Assembly (NCBI GenBank): GCA_964304625.1 | Contig: OZ199838.1 | Coordinates: 14,448,261-14,512,260 of the forward strand | From: Kudoa neothunni | Lineage: Eukaryota; Animalia; Cnidaria | Direction of reading: 5' to 3' | DNA: 64,000 nucleotides | In this document: in pieces, positions 28,609 through 41,286 of the stretch | Layout of the letters: every line of letters starts with the position of its first letter | Numbering within the stretch: position 1 is the first letter of the stretch | Notes under the pieces: generated by a model | Databases searched by the model: none | Told to the model about the DNA's origin: nothing | What the model saw: the letters and a program-made list of their open reading frames with translations, nothing else | Program-made: the position numbers and the translations under genes

Positions 28609-31600
28609 ATGGAAAATTCTTTTGAGGAATTATGGAGTTCAGAATCTGTCAACAAACTTGAACGGGCAGCTACAGATGACGTCACTTTGGAAGAAAGTGA
28701 ATCCATCGAATCTTACAATTCGGAAGAATATTGTCGAATGATTGCAAAAAATCTTGATAATAGTGAATATTACGAAAAAGAAACCAACAGAAGAAGAAAG
28801 ATTGCATTAGATATGCTGAAGCGTTTAAATATTGAAAATCTAAATCGTACTCAGGCAGATAAATTGTTGGCGTCAGTGAAAAGCACATCGTTAAAAATTC
28901 AAATATTTGTCAAAGTTGTATCCACAACCAAAGTATGAGTGTATCGCTAGTCATTATGCTACGTGATTGGGGGCAGTTTTATAGATTGTTGTTGTTACTT
29001 GTATTGCTGTTACATTTGAATGTTACCATTAAAAAGACTATGTTTGAGTATTTGCACATCGCCTATGCCGAAAGGGTAAATACGTGCATATGTTAATGTG
29101 ATCAAATGCTTTTAGATACAACTATCGATTATTCTAATATTTTATGTGATGGATTGTACTGTGAAAATCATACGATACGGTTTCATGACTAGAGAACATT
29201 CATTCTTCAAAACATTCATAAACTATTTTGAGTTGATATCCATAGCTTGCATGTATAAATATAGATTGGATCGGCTTATTAAATTTTCTTAATTACTTCT
29301 TTAGTATGGCTATTCTACATATTCAGCATACTGATAGTAGAAAATTCTGGTTTCCTTATTTGTACTCTCTGAATATACTTGGGCTGTTGACCATATTGGA
29401 TTTCTCCCCGGGTATATTGACCAGATTGGAGTAACTTAATGTTTGTGTAAACATGAGAAAATATGTAGGCTCCGAGAAAGTTTTGAAGATGTTTAAAGTT
29501 GTCGTTATAAATTGTGTTCCTAAATTGTTGCTACTGTTTCCTTTCTGGCTTGTATTGGCTATTCATATTCAATATTTTGATAGAATCATCAATCACTTGA
29601 AAATTGGCGCCAAGGCGGCACCACCTCCTAAAAACGTAATTTTAAGAACACTACATTCACAATAGATTTCCCTACGACAGAATAAATTGACGCTAAAAAT
29701 AATTTATAATCTCATTTTCTTCATGAGAAAATATAATTATATTCATAACAAGTTTCCAATATAATTAATCTTCTTGTGGTAATTTTTTCTTTCACATTAA
29801 ACTAAGTTTTTCTTCTCATAAAGTTAAAATAATTAAAACATCTACATTTTAGATAACTATTACCTACTTGTAGATAATTCTTTTAATACTGGAAGGAAAA
29901 AATACGATACTAATGATAAAAATTACTTAACAAGGATTAAATATATCATAATTATTACAGCATTAACTAGATTCATTATTATACATAGTAAATTGTATAG
30001 AAAATTTTATTTCTTTGACAATTTATTATTTTTATCAATAAATGAAATAGAAATTCTGCATATTTATTTATCATTAAAAATTCTAGTAATACAAAGCTGG
30101 ACTCATTAATACTACAAACAATATAAAAAACTATTTGTTAAATAATATTGACTCAACAAGAATAATTTCTTAATAAATATATAATAAAATAATAAGAATT
30201 TATGTGTTAATGCCAACGAAAAAACCCCTTTACGTGTATGATAAGTGTATAACGACAAAAATTGCCTGCAAATTTAAGATCATAAATAAATTTATCAAAA
30301 TTGAAAGTATTCACTTTGCATTTCGACTTCGTTTGGTAAATGAATAGAAATAATTGATTTCTATTTATTAGAACAAATGTGTAATATCTCTTCGATATTT
30401 CGAATGTGAATTATTAATCAGTGTATACTTAGGAGAATTAATAAAAATTTTCTTCGTAAATAGGTGGTTTTTTCTAATTCACATGACGCAATGAATAGTT
30501 GTATGGCTGTATCCCATAAAAAATTAATAACTTTAGACTACCGCTGGCAAGAATCAAACAGCAGCAGCAAAAAAGACTGCGACAACATCTGGATTTGTGT
30601 CGATTCCCTCTTTGACTCAGTCTAACTTTTTCTACCATATCTATGCTGTGTTTATTTTTACTCACGCTCGTGATTCTGGAGAGTTATATCACATGGTGAA
30701 TAACTGAGATCGCCTTCGCTAAATTTATCCTATGTGTAGATGTTGAATGGCACCAATGTAAACATACCTTATTTGATATTTTTGAATTTGCTCGGTTGGC
30801 TGGTTGTTAAAAACGTGGTGCTTGGATATATTTTCGGTAGCATATCACAGTATACGGATTATTTTTGAGTTTTGAGAGTTATACTGGGATTTAGTGTGTC
30901 CACAATGGAATCAATCTATAATTCCATACGAAATGCTACGCTAGAAAAATTGAGAATCGAGAAAAAACTTACCTCAATTCTGTATTTTGATCGTACGAAT
31001 ATAACTGTTCTAGAAGTGGAAAAATATAAAGATGAAATCAGGGCTTTTTGGAGTAATTTGACAGTCGTCCTCATTCGATACGTTCGATATAACTCCAAGT
31101 ATTTGATAACTTTTCAATAATTCATTTTTATAAATCTCAAAGAAATCTTATTAATTTAAGAAGAAAATACAAAAATATTATCCACTTCATGAAAAACTAT
31201 TTCTCAAGTTTGTGGTATATCTATATAAATTCAGTAATTGTGCTAGTATACACAGTTGTCATGTTTTCTTATGATGCTGACCATGTACCGATATTTTTCA
31301 CCATTCAAAGTAGACCTTTTTGTCGTTAATCCGTCTTTATACATATCTGCATTAATAAAATAAGATTACTTTGAGTTAATGATCGAAGTGTATTTTATCA
31401 CGGAATTGATGGTAAAGTGGTTAACATTTGGGAAAGAATTTGCGTACAATAAAAACCTCCAAGAATTCGAAATTATTGTACGTTTAATTGATATTTTACA
31501 TAATGAATCTACACATTTAGATAACTATTCTATCCCTGTATGATATATACCTTCTGTTTGCGTATAATTACACGTATTCCTTCACCATTCTGAGAATTAT

Positions 31601-34600
31601 ATCTCTTTCGAAGTTGATATTCCATAGAAAGTATTTATAAGTTCAAAAATATACAATCGTTGCTTTAACCTTCTAAATAAAATAGGGTAGATTTCTACCC
31701 TAAATGAATTTAGCCAACAATATTATAGTGTATAAACGGAATATAACTCCTCACAACTTTTTTTAATCTCTTATCTTTATAAAAACTTTCAGAAAAATGA
31801 GTTGAAATTTTTTTTGACATATATAAAAAAAGTTAATGTAAAAACACCTTCCGAATAAAATTAATTAAAATATTGATACATGTGATTTTTAAAAATTTAC
31901 GGAAATTCGATCGAGCAAATAATGAATAAATAACGAAACACTATACATGCGAAGCCAGTACGCACGCGCCGCGTAGATATAATCAAGTTGTTCTCTCCAG
32001 AATACAGCGATAACTCCTCATTCTCTCATTATTTTTATACCAGTTATTCAAAACACGATTACTTTCCATCAGATTGCTTATTTCTACGTTATAGTGAACA
32101 TTAAAAAACAAATGATATAATTATTCATTAATTTGACAATTTTTGTGTTTTAGAAAGAGTTTATAAACATACATGATAACTTGTTTGTGAGTTACGCATT
32201 ATTTTCCATCATTTTGTGTTTTTTACGCAATGTTACACTACTTAGTTTAAAATAAGAAAAATTAATTGGCAGCTGTTATAAAACTTGAATTAAACGTTAA
32301 CTCTAAACAACCGCAGAAATACACCTATAAATACAAGCATACTCCATAGAAATGTAACAACGTTAATGTGTGCGCGTGCATATATTGAATATAACTTTAA
32401 TAATTGATCATTTATTCAAAATTTACTCGAGGAATTTTCCTCATATTTTGTCAGTCAATGCTGAATTTTATTTGGAGGATGTAAATTTTTCAGCTACATA
32501 GAAGGTTAAAATTGATTTTCGATGACAAATATATTATTTCAATCAACTTTTAAGTTATAGTAAAATTCTAAACAACTATTAATAGTTTAATCACTGACTA
32601 TGTAAGCCAAGGGAAAAAGAAATGTCCCTGAGATAAAAAGTAGGACAATTGACGTAGGCTTTGAGTCATTATATTTTTGATCAACTCATAATACATTAAC
32701 TTAAAATATTTCTGATAAATTCAAAGGAATAAGGCTCAGAAGGTATTGACTAATGCTCCCAAAATTTAACCCTTTAAAGTCGCTATGACATGGACAATAT
32801 GGCGAAGTGGCGTTAGGTCAAGATCGCATACTGTGAGATTGTCAGTTCGAAGTCTAGTCCGCGCGTTCCTGTACTCCTAATCCGAAATTAAGTAGAGAGG
32901 CTACAGTAATCGCAGGAATCTACGATTTATCATGGTCGGGCTTTTAGTTGGGAGGGGAGCCTGTAGGAAGCGTTGATCTTCGGAACCTATAAACGCCGGG
33001 GTACAGGGACGAAATAAAACCCAGTAGGGATTTCCCGTAGAGTCGACGCCTGCATTCAGGTGACTTTCCTAGACCAATTTTGGGTTAGTCCAGGGTATGG
33101 TTGTGGTGGTTGCTCCGAAACGAGTATGTTTAGTGGGTTAAAATTCAACACTACCGCATAAATATAAGTCGCCTTAATGTGAAGCTGCGGTGCCTGTGCC
33201 TAATGCGTAAATAGAGAGGGCCTAACCAGCCCTAACTTCACAACTTAACAAGTTGCGCCAGGGGTTTGACTTTGTAAGCAAAACGAAAAATCTAAAGTAG
33301 CTATAAGCTCGAAATTGTCCAATCTCAGAAGGGATTCCAATGAGTCTCAAAAAATTATAGGCCTTGAACATTTTAGCCCTAATATTGCAGAATCTGTGGA
33401 TATTGAATCCAATAAATAAATCCAAAATTCGGTCCACGATGATTATATCTCATTGAGAATTTTGATATTGTCATTTGTTAATTTATTCCTATTTATTCAA
33501 GACATAAGGCGAAAGGAAAACTAAAATATAGCAAAATAGTAAAAACTGATAGTAGTCCGTATGAAACCAACATTTTTCTATAGCATATAAAAATTAAAAT
33601 TAAGTTCTATTAATATTTTGTTTCAATTTGAAATTCACCCAACACATTGAAAGTTTCGACTTGAAATTTATTAACGGCAGTCAACGCGAATCTCACGAAT
33701 TTTCACGAACCAGGTCCAAGGAAATTAATAATTATACTAACTACGATTTTATAGGGTGATTTTCGAATAAAAATAATAAATAATTCGAATATTAATTTTA
33801 AATAATTTTTAGAATAAACTAATCGAATAAAAATCGGGAATCAATTTGATAGGAAGATTTTCTGAAGATAAAATTTTACCTCTAAGATTAAAAAAAGTTC
33901 AATTACATTAATAAAAGCAGCTGAAACCTCAAGGAATACCAACACATAAAAAAGCGATGATAATTTTAATTATGATTTAGGGTCAGTTTAAACCCCAAAA
34001 TCTTTAAAATGATTATGACAAATACCCAACTTAAATAAACTAATTTAACATGTTTTTCCATATTGTAGTCCTTTTTTATGATATAAAATCCATTTAAATC
34101 AGCATAAAACTAAAATAATTAATAACATTTCAAATATTTGAATATATTAAAATTATAGAGGCAAAAAAAAGTTGATGGTGGATTTGAACGGCTGCAAGGA
34201 AGCATGTGTTTCAGTTATACGTCATCTTGTTTGGTTGTTAGTATTGAGCTTGGGGTTAACTATTTTGGGAATGGCACTATTTGGATTATTGTATTTATCC
34301 AATTAGAAATATTTTCAAAATTTGGCAAATTTATAGAACCAACAGTGTACATTGGACACCATTTCCACGTTTGTTTGAAAAATTTGATTTGAGTTTCACC
34401 ATTATCTATTCAGTAATGATTTATTCACCGCGTCTTTATTCGTATATTGATTTGGAAAGTTATGGTACCATTAACAACAACAACAATAATAATAATAATA
34501 ATTTATTATATGTCGTTTTTTAATAAATGATAATCGATCTAGTTTGTGATTAGTAATTACTGGTGCAAAGGCGTTATGACGTCGGTTTACGGCTGTTAAG

Positions 34601-37600
34601 AGTTTAATGAAAGGTTTCTTTTTCTTGGGTGTTTATTTTTTCCTCTACGGTAGATATAAGATTTTTTATTTTCATATTTTAATTAGCTTTGTAGTATTTT
34701 TCAACAGCTACATCACTTGTATGATGTCTTTTTGTATTAATGATGATCAAAAAACGACTCTCCATGGGCAGTTCAAAGTAAGGAACTACACAATTTTATA
34801 GGCTAACAAATTATAATCAATTTAAAGAAAAGAAAATTTAATTCTAGCAAATGTATGAATTTAGATTTTTTCGGGGTATTTGCATGTTTTATGGTTATTT
34901 TTATGTTTGTTATATAGTTTAAAATTATAAGGATGAAAATTTGTTTAGAGACTCCTAGAATGTATTAAAAAAAGCGAGAAAAGAAAAACGTGATTATTTA
35001 AGAATACTTTAATTTCTAAAGTTGAATTTAGTTAAAAAGAGGCATCGCATGAGAGAAGATGATGCTTCTAGCTCTGTCAGTTCTGCTTCATCTGAACACA
35101 TCCCAAAGTAATGAAAAAAAATTAATTTTTCTAAGAAAAAACATAGAAAAAGAAAAAAAATTATTACCATCTACAATTCGTGGATCTACCGAATAGCTTC
35201 AACGGCTTTTATATTGTCGGCGATGGTGTTTTCAAATATTTGAAACCGAAAAATATATTAACAATAAAAGTTAAAAGTGAGTTAGAGATAACAAATAATT
35301 TGATAAATATATTTATATAGACGTTGTTAGTGTTTGAGATAATTTTCAACTTCTTGGTTATTTTTGATTGTCTAATAAATGTAACTTGAATAAATAATAT
35401 CTAATTATTTATCGAGTGTTATTATTTAAAGATTTATGTCAATGGTATGATTTCGAACAAAGCACCGACACTGGGAAAATATGAGAATATTATTCTACTG
35501 TTGGCGGATTCAGCGGTTCTGTTATCTAATTTGGTTTTGATGTAATGTTATGGAGACATTATATATTTAATATAGTTTAGATCATTATATAAAAAAACAA
35601 TCAATCAAATAATATATCCAATTTTGGTTATAAAATTTTCGATTGTATATGCGGACTAGCCATTTTCAGCAAATTCAAGATATTTGCAGTAGAATTAAAC
35701 AATTATTAATTCATCGCTTCATTTTTTTTATTTTCGATTTAGATCGCCTTTAGAAAATATAAAAACTGCGTTAAAAACAAACGCTATGCGCTTCTTTTAT
35801 ATGTTTTGATTATGATTGGCTATACTTATATCAATATGAAGTCGTTTAATGTAGAGATTATTGTGTATCACGAATTTCTATAATCAGTAAATTAACAGCA
35901 CCTACCAAAATTGTGTAATGATCCTATTTTTAACAACGGAAAAAACTGGTAAAATACACTATAAATTTATTGATAACAAATATGAACGCGAAACCATTGG
36001 TATACATCTTTAGGTTGTTGTAAAGGAAAATTTTACACTCTAAAGGCAGATTCCTTCGACAAAATAAAAGTAATAATTGAATATCTATTTTTTTAAATCA
36101 TCCATTTTTGATTATAGCTAAAGGATCGAGCGGTTTATTACAGTGGAAATGTTCCATTCAATCCCAACAAAAACATCCTCCATTCGTTTGTTTATGTTTT
36201 ATTTCTACCATTCAACGTTTTCACGTACAAATATTCTAAACATTAAATTATTATCTATTTTAAAAATAATATTAATTAGTGTTTATGACAAATTCAACTA
36301 TCTCTACAATTCGGAAAACAATGCCAATATTCTCTATTTAATATTTTGCATCGCCGAATACACCTTCATTGGTGTTTATGCTACAGGAATATTTTATTCA
36401 ATTTTTATTTCCTACAAAGATGAATTCAATTTTTGTAGTTACCTTACAGATAATCAGGTCATTTTTTATCTAAATAATTATATATTATATTGAATTTGTT
36501 ATATTAATTATATTATAACATATTTGTGTTTTTACAGTACACTTTATTTCAAAATATTATCACCAAAAAATTCTCCAAGCGTCAACCGTATTCCGTGCCT
36601 AAGGACCCCGTCTTTCTACTAGCTTTTACCATATGGAAATCAAACATATGCAAATACACACTACAAGCGATTGTAGTCGTGATCAACACTCTAATATATG
36701 TTAAAGTATTTGACTTATGCTTACTTTTATAAGTTTCGTTTTAGATTATTGTTGCCTCAAATATTGCCTATATTCAATTGGCAAATTATATTCTTATTGT
36801 ATTTCACACTATACTACAAAGCTTGATTTTGAATTTTTCGTTACCAACTGTAACATCACCTTATTATTTCGAAATATATAACCATGTTCCAGTGGAGTCA
36901 ATTATGGAAACAAAAAACAATTCATATAATAAATCTGCTTCTTGCGGTTTGTGGAACTGTGAAGTCGGTACAAAACTTGGACCTGGTAATACAAAATTCT
37001 AAGCTATCTAATCAATATCGGAATAATTCATATTTATTTCGGTAGTATCAACGTTACGACGATCTCTTCTTTATAGTCGTTGATTTTATCATTGTAATGA
37101 CTTATACGGTCTATTTGGTGGATGTCCTGGACAACTTCTACTTTGGTCTCTTTCTTAAAAATTCATTTCAAGTATCAATTTAACTTTTACAAATATATGA
37201 CAGCAATGGTGCGTTATTTTTAAAATAGGGGTTCATTGTGGCTTTAACTTATGCATTGTATATCTATTACACTTTTATTCTATATGGAATGATGGTAACC
37301 AACCTCAGTTATACATAGTTACATATGTTTCTGTTATAATAGTGGTTTTCTAATGTGGCAATTGTTGATGATCATAATAATCTGTCAGATTTAAATTTTC
37401 GAACGATTGAAGACACCATTAATGTAATTATGAGGTAGATATTAATGATAATATAATTTCGCATGTGTAAATTAATAAATAATTACTTGATATACGAAAT
37501 TTAGTTTCTCAGCCGGAAGTTATTGGCTTACCTTTCAACGAACCATCTACAATCAATTCTCATGCAGCAACTATCGCGCCAACTGCGGAACACCATTTTT

Positions 37601-37980
37601 CTATGTTTACTTTATATTGTTTGTGGCTGTATTTTTCTATTTAGTATGACTTTATTTCAACAAATTAAGGAAAACTAACTATTAAATACACGCTTATTCA
37701 GGTACCATTGCTCATATATAAAGAATTTGTAGACGGATACAAACTCACCTATGGCACCAACTATTCTTGTGGTGTGTATCATGTGGTACAGCTAAATAAA
37801 GTTTGGTCACGATATGACACTCTCAACACGTAATTAGTTGGGCCTTTTCATTTTCCGCTTTTATCACAAAAATGAACAAATAGCGGCTATGTCAATGTAT
37901 CCGATGTCCCTCAACTAATGAGAGATGTATCATCTACATTCGGTCTTGGCCACAACACTGCAAATTGGACCATCATGAAA
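28609..37980 (+). CDS. Highly divergent four-domain voltage-gated calcium channel alpha-1 (Cav1/Cav2-derived) like protein; 3' end unresolved
   Basis: Hand-spliced exons give Cav-type segments in the expected order: DI S2-S3 (DCTVKIIRYGF..FKTFINYFELI), DI S6 (PYLIFLNLLGWLVVKNVVLG), DII S2 (YFITELMVKWLTFG), DII S5 (LTILGMALFG), DIII S6 end (CSYLTDNQ vs CELDKNQ), DIV P-S6 (NFRTIEDTI.., CGTPFFYVYFILF) and the proximal C-tail (GVYHVVQLNKVWSRYDTLN-GYVNVSDVPQLMRDVSSTFGLG). Two single-nt indels are needed (about 34583 and 35591). Confidence 0.85.
31665..32509. mobile_element. piggyBac-type non-autonomous element, copy B, in an intron of the channel gene
   Basis: TTAA-CCTTCTA ... TAGAAGG-TTAA. Colinear with 22134-23030 except for a ~55 bp deletion near the right end. 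Confidence 0.9.
32790..33270 (+). mobile_element. Putative tRNA-headed SINE-like or retro-derived element (GC-rich island in an intron)
   Basis: A-box-like TGGCGAAGTGG (about 32800) and B-box-like AGTTCGAAGTC (about 32844) at tRNA-like spacing, followed by ~400 bp much more GC-rich than the flanks. Confidence 0.45.
34473..34503. repeat. Compound (AAC)n(AAT)n microsatellite, intronic
   Basis: aacaacaacaacaataataataataataat read directly. Confidence 0.9.
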
Positions 37981-38065
37981 GTATGCAATTTTATAGATTG
38001 GGTTTCCAACGATCTTCACTTATTACTCTTCCTTAATTAATTTGATCCCATTAGTCAAATCATTA

Positions 38066-39253
38066 TTAACCCTTTAATGATCCTAAAAACGATGAACGCG
38101 TAATGGACCTTGGGATAAATTTTACCCCACATTTTTTTAAAATTATTGTACTGTAAAAAATCTATTAATCAATATTGTAGAATAATTTTTAATTCCTATA
38201 GATAAAACACTGGCAAATGCATATTAAATTTTGACGTAATCCACGCGAAAATCGGCTTCGTTTACGACCCGTCTTATGCCGGTACACATCGATGTTAATT
38301 AAAGTAATTGCGTTAATTCAGCAGAATTAAACGTGTTGCGCCAGTTGAAATATTAAAAAAAACATATAAAGAATTCTTGAAAGTTATGCGAAATTAAAAC
38401 AGTTTTTAAATGCCTGAATTGGACAATAAAACTTATTACAATTTTCGAACCATTTAGAAGATTTTTATCATTTTTCCTCTCACTATATCCATATGTTACT
38501 CGCTTTACATTAAGATATTAAGAAGAGGTTCCTGTTGGGGTGCATAAACAATGCTGAGACCAGTTTTTATTGTTTTGTTTGTGGAATTTGTTGTCAACAA
38601 TGTTTCGTTTAATTGTTCAACGATTTCTTTAAGTAAATCATGCATCTCGATTTATTGTGAACATATGATAACAACATAGACTTTTCACGGAATACAAAAA
38701 TGCTCCCACAAGGGCTCTATTTGATGATGATTGGAGGAGTGGTGGTATCTCTAGTTATTAACGTAATATCTCTATGATCAATTTATTCCAACAATTTTTC
38801 AGCAAGAAACATCGATACGAAGACATTTTTGTCAACAAAATAATGTTCATTCTCTGATAAACAAAATTCATCAACGAAATCATTAGAATCGCACATCTTC
38901 ATATACTTCGCGCGTGCGATTTAATTAATTTATCTAACATTTCCTTATTTTCTACAAAAACTACTCATAGACATTTCATGTTATTTAAGTTAGAAGTGGT
39001 TTACATTTTTAAAAATATTTTTAAACAAAAAAAAACATGGGGTAAATTTTCCCTCAAAGACCATTACAAAATTAAATAATAATTAAAACTTATACAACAA
39101 TTTATCGACAAAAATGTTTTCGTCAAACCAAAGACAAAATAATATTAGAAGAATAATTGGAATCTATTAGGTACTGGTTTACTTTATTAAACGATATACC
39201 ATTAATAAAATCGTTTTGGGGTAAAATTTACCCCAAAACCATTAGAGGGTTAA
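38066..39253. mobile_element. piggyBac-type non-autonomous element with non-transposase interior
   Basis: TTAA-CCCTTTAATG ... CATTAGAGGG-TTAA, with palindromic GGGGTAAAATTTACCCC subterminal motifs at about 38113, 39039 and 39218. Confidence 0.85.
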
Positions 39254-41286
39254 AATCTGAAAGTTTCCCAAAAATAGCGTAAAATAACCTTATCGTCCTC
39301 ACTGTTGATTTAAATTTTTAAATAAACATGAGAAAAAATTGTATCTTACTGGCGCTCTATTTTGAATATTTATTCTAAAATAGTTTTATAATTTTACAGT
39401 GATTTTATCGATTAAAAAATAAATTAAACGAAGTTTGGTGAATTATAACTAGGGCAAGCAATTTTCGACTCTTCCATTCATAAAGGAGATTTATACAGAT
39501 TTACGCAAACATCTTTATGGCGCAAAAAACAAAATTAGAATTACACGGAATATAATTAAATTATATTTTAATTTAATTACAATTCCATACGTATTTTTCC
39601 TATCGAAAGAGATGTTCTCTCATCTGAAAGAACATGCCTAATCTTCAAAAATTTTTTTATTGCGATTGAAGACAACGGTTTGCTTAAAAAATATTGTCGG
39701 AAAAGTTGGCGTTGATAAAATCTTATTTTTAATTTAGATATGTGCTTATCAACAAAAGTTTTAACATTGAAAAGTGAACGTGCTGTATGCCAATATTCTT
39801 AGAAAAAACTTCTAGGTCTTGTGTGACTATCTATTATTTCAAATGCTAATCCTTAATACCCTACAGCTGAAACAAGATAAATCTTTATTTTTTGATTTTT
39901 ATAATCTCTAAATAACAAACAGGATAAAAAGAGACAAGCTTTAATGATTTTATCGTTGAACAATGTTTCAATAATGCAATATGTTTCTGCACGTGATTTT
40001 GCTTTGTAGGTAACTTTAACTTGCTGTATTTGTAAACAAATCTATTTTAAATAATTTTTAAATTAACTCAATCCTCAATATAATTCTCTAAATCACATCT
40101 TCTGTTCATTCCTATTAAAGCGCCCTTTCGGAAACAATCCGAAAAAATAAACGTCAAACCACCCTGATAAAATCGACGGTTTAAATCGAACATTGCATGC
40201 GCTAATTATAACATTTGAATAAGCATTTAGAAGTTTGAAATGGCGCCATATTAAACAACATAATTTATTTTTATACAAGATCGTAATACATTCTATTAAA
40301 GATTTTTGTTAAAATAAGTGTTGATGTTTCGAAAATATTTAATTTAAAAATGTTATGTATGAATGAATGATAAGTATTTTTAATAAATCATGATTGTCAT
40401 TAATTTATTCGTATAGTATATTTATTCAAAGAAAAAATTATCAAGCGATTTCTAAAGCGTCTAAAACCACACGTTATATTCAAATGGTTTAATTTTAATT
40501 TCGCCAATTATAAATTTTAGAAATAATACTTAACATACTTTTTCTAATCCGCCATATGGACGAATTAAAAAAATAATACATTATTTGGAATTATTTTGAG
40601 AGATTTTTAAGGGAAAATATTCTCAATCCTGATAAAGCATAGAAGGTTGCCATAATTTTAAATAGTAAGAGGTATAGGGGGGAACAGTAATTGAATTTCG
40701 TTGGAGAATCATATTATCTAATTAGATTTATAAAGTTTGTTTAATTAAATAAAAAATTAAGGAACTGCTTCCATTCAATGTTTCTATCACCAACCAAATG
40801 ATTTCTTACAAAAAACTCTGCCTAATGCTCATAATGAAACATAGTCCCAACATTAAACCTTCTGGTATGTATATTTTGCACTTAACATCTTTACGACAGC
40901 ATTCAAGCATATAATTGAAATTTTTAGCAAATCTAACATATGTAGATATATTTGATTTTATACTCAACGAAAACTTTTCAGATATTAAGCGGCATTTGGA
41001 AGACGAAGAGTTCGAATCAAAAGATCCAGACCAAACCTTAGTTTTCAGCAAATATGTCGTGTTGAAACTTATCCATGAGCAATTTAAATATAAAAAGATC
41101 TTTAAAAAGTCGTGAAATAACGTATTTGATGGAACACATATTGGTTGATTAATTATGTTCACAAGTTTTAAAACGTTTGTTTTTGAGAACTGATTTTTCC
41201 TTAAAAATAACTTCAAAATTTTACAAGAAAGTGAAAAAAATTACACCACTACAAATATATAAAAAGCTAACTCTATCATAAATATA

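Noticed and set aside
33221-33240. cctaaccagccctaac as a telomerase RNA template
   Set aside because: Not a contiguous CTAACCCTAAC template, and I see no supporting pseudoknot or H/ACA features.
39450-40010. Possible distal C-terminal exons of the channel gene
   Set aside because: No recognisable pre-IQ or IQ motif and no unique splice path, so left unassigned.
40806-41216. ORFs 40806-41216 (-) and 40915-41115 (+) as genes or a transposase fragment
   Set aside because: No diagnostic motif. Probably a decayed repeat.
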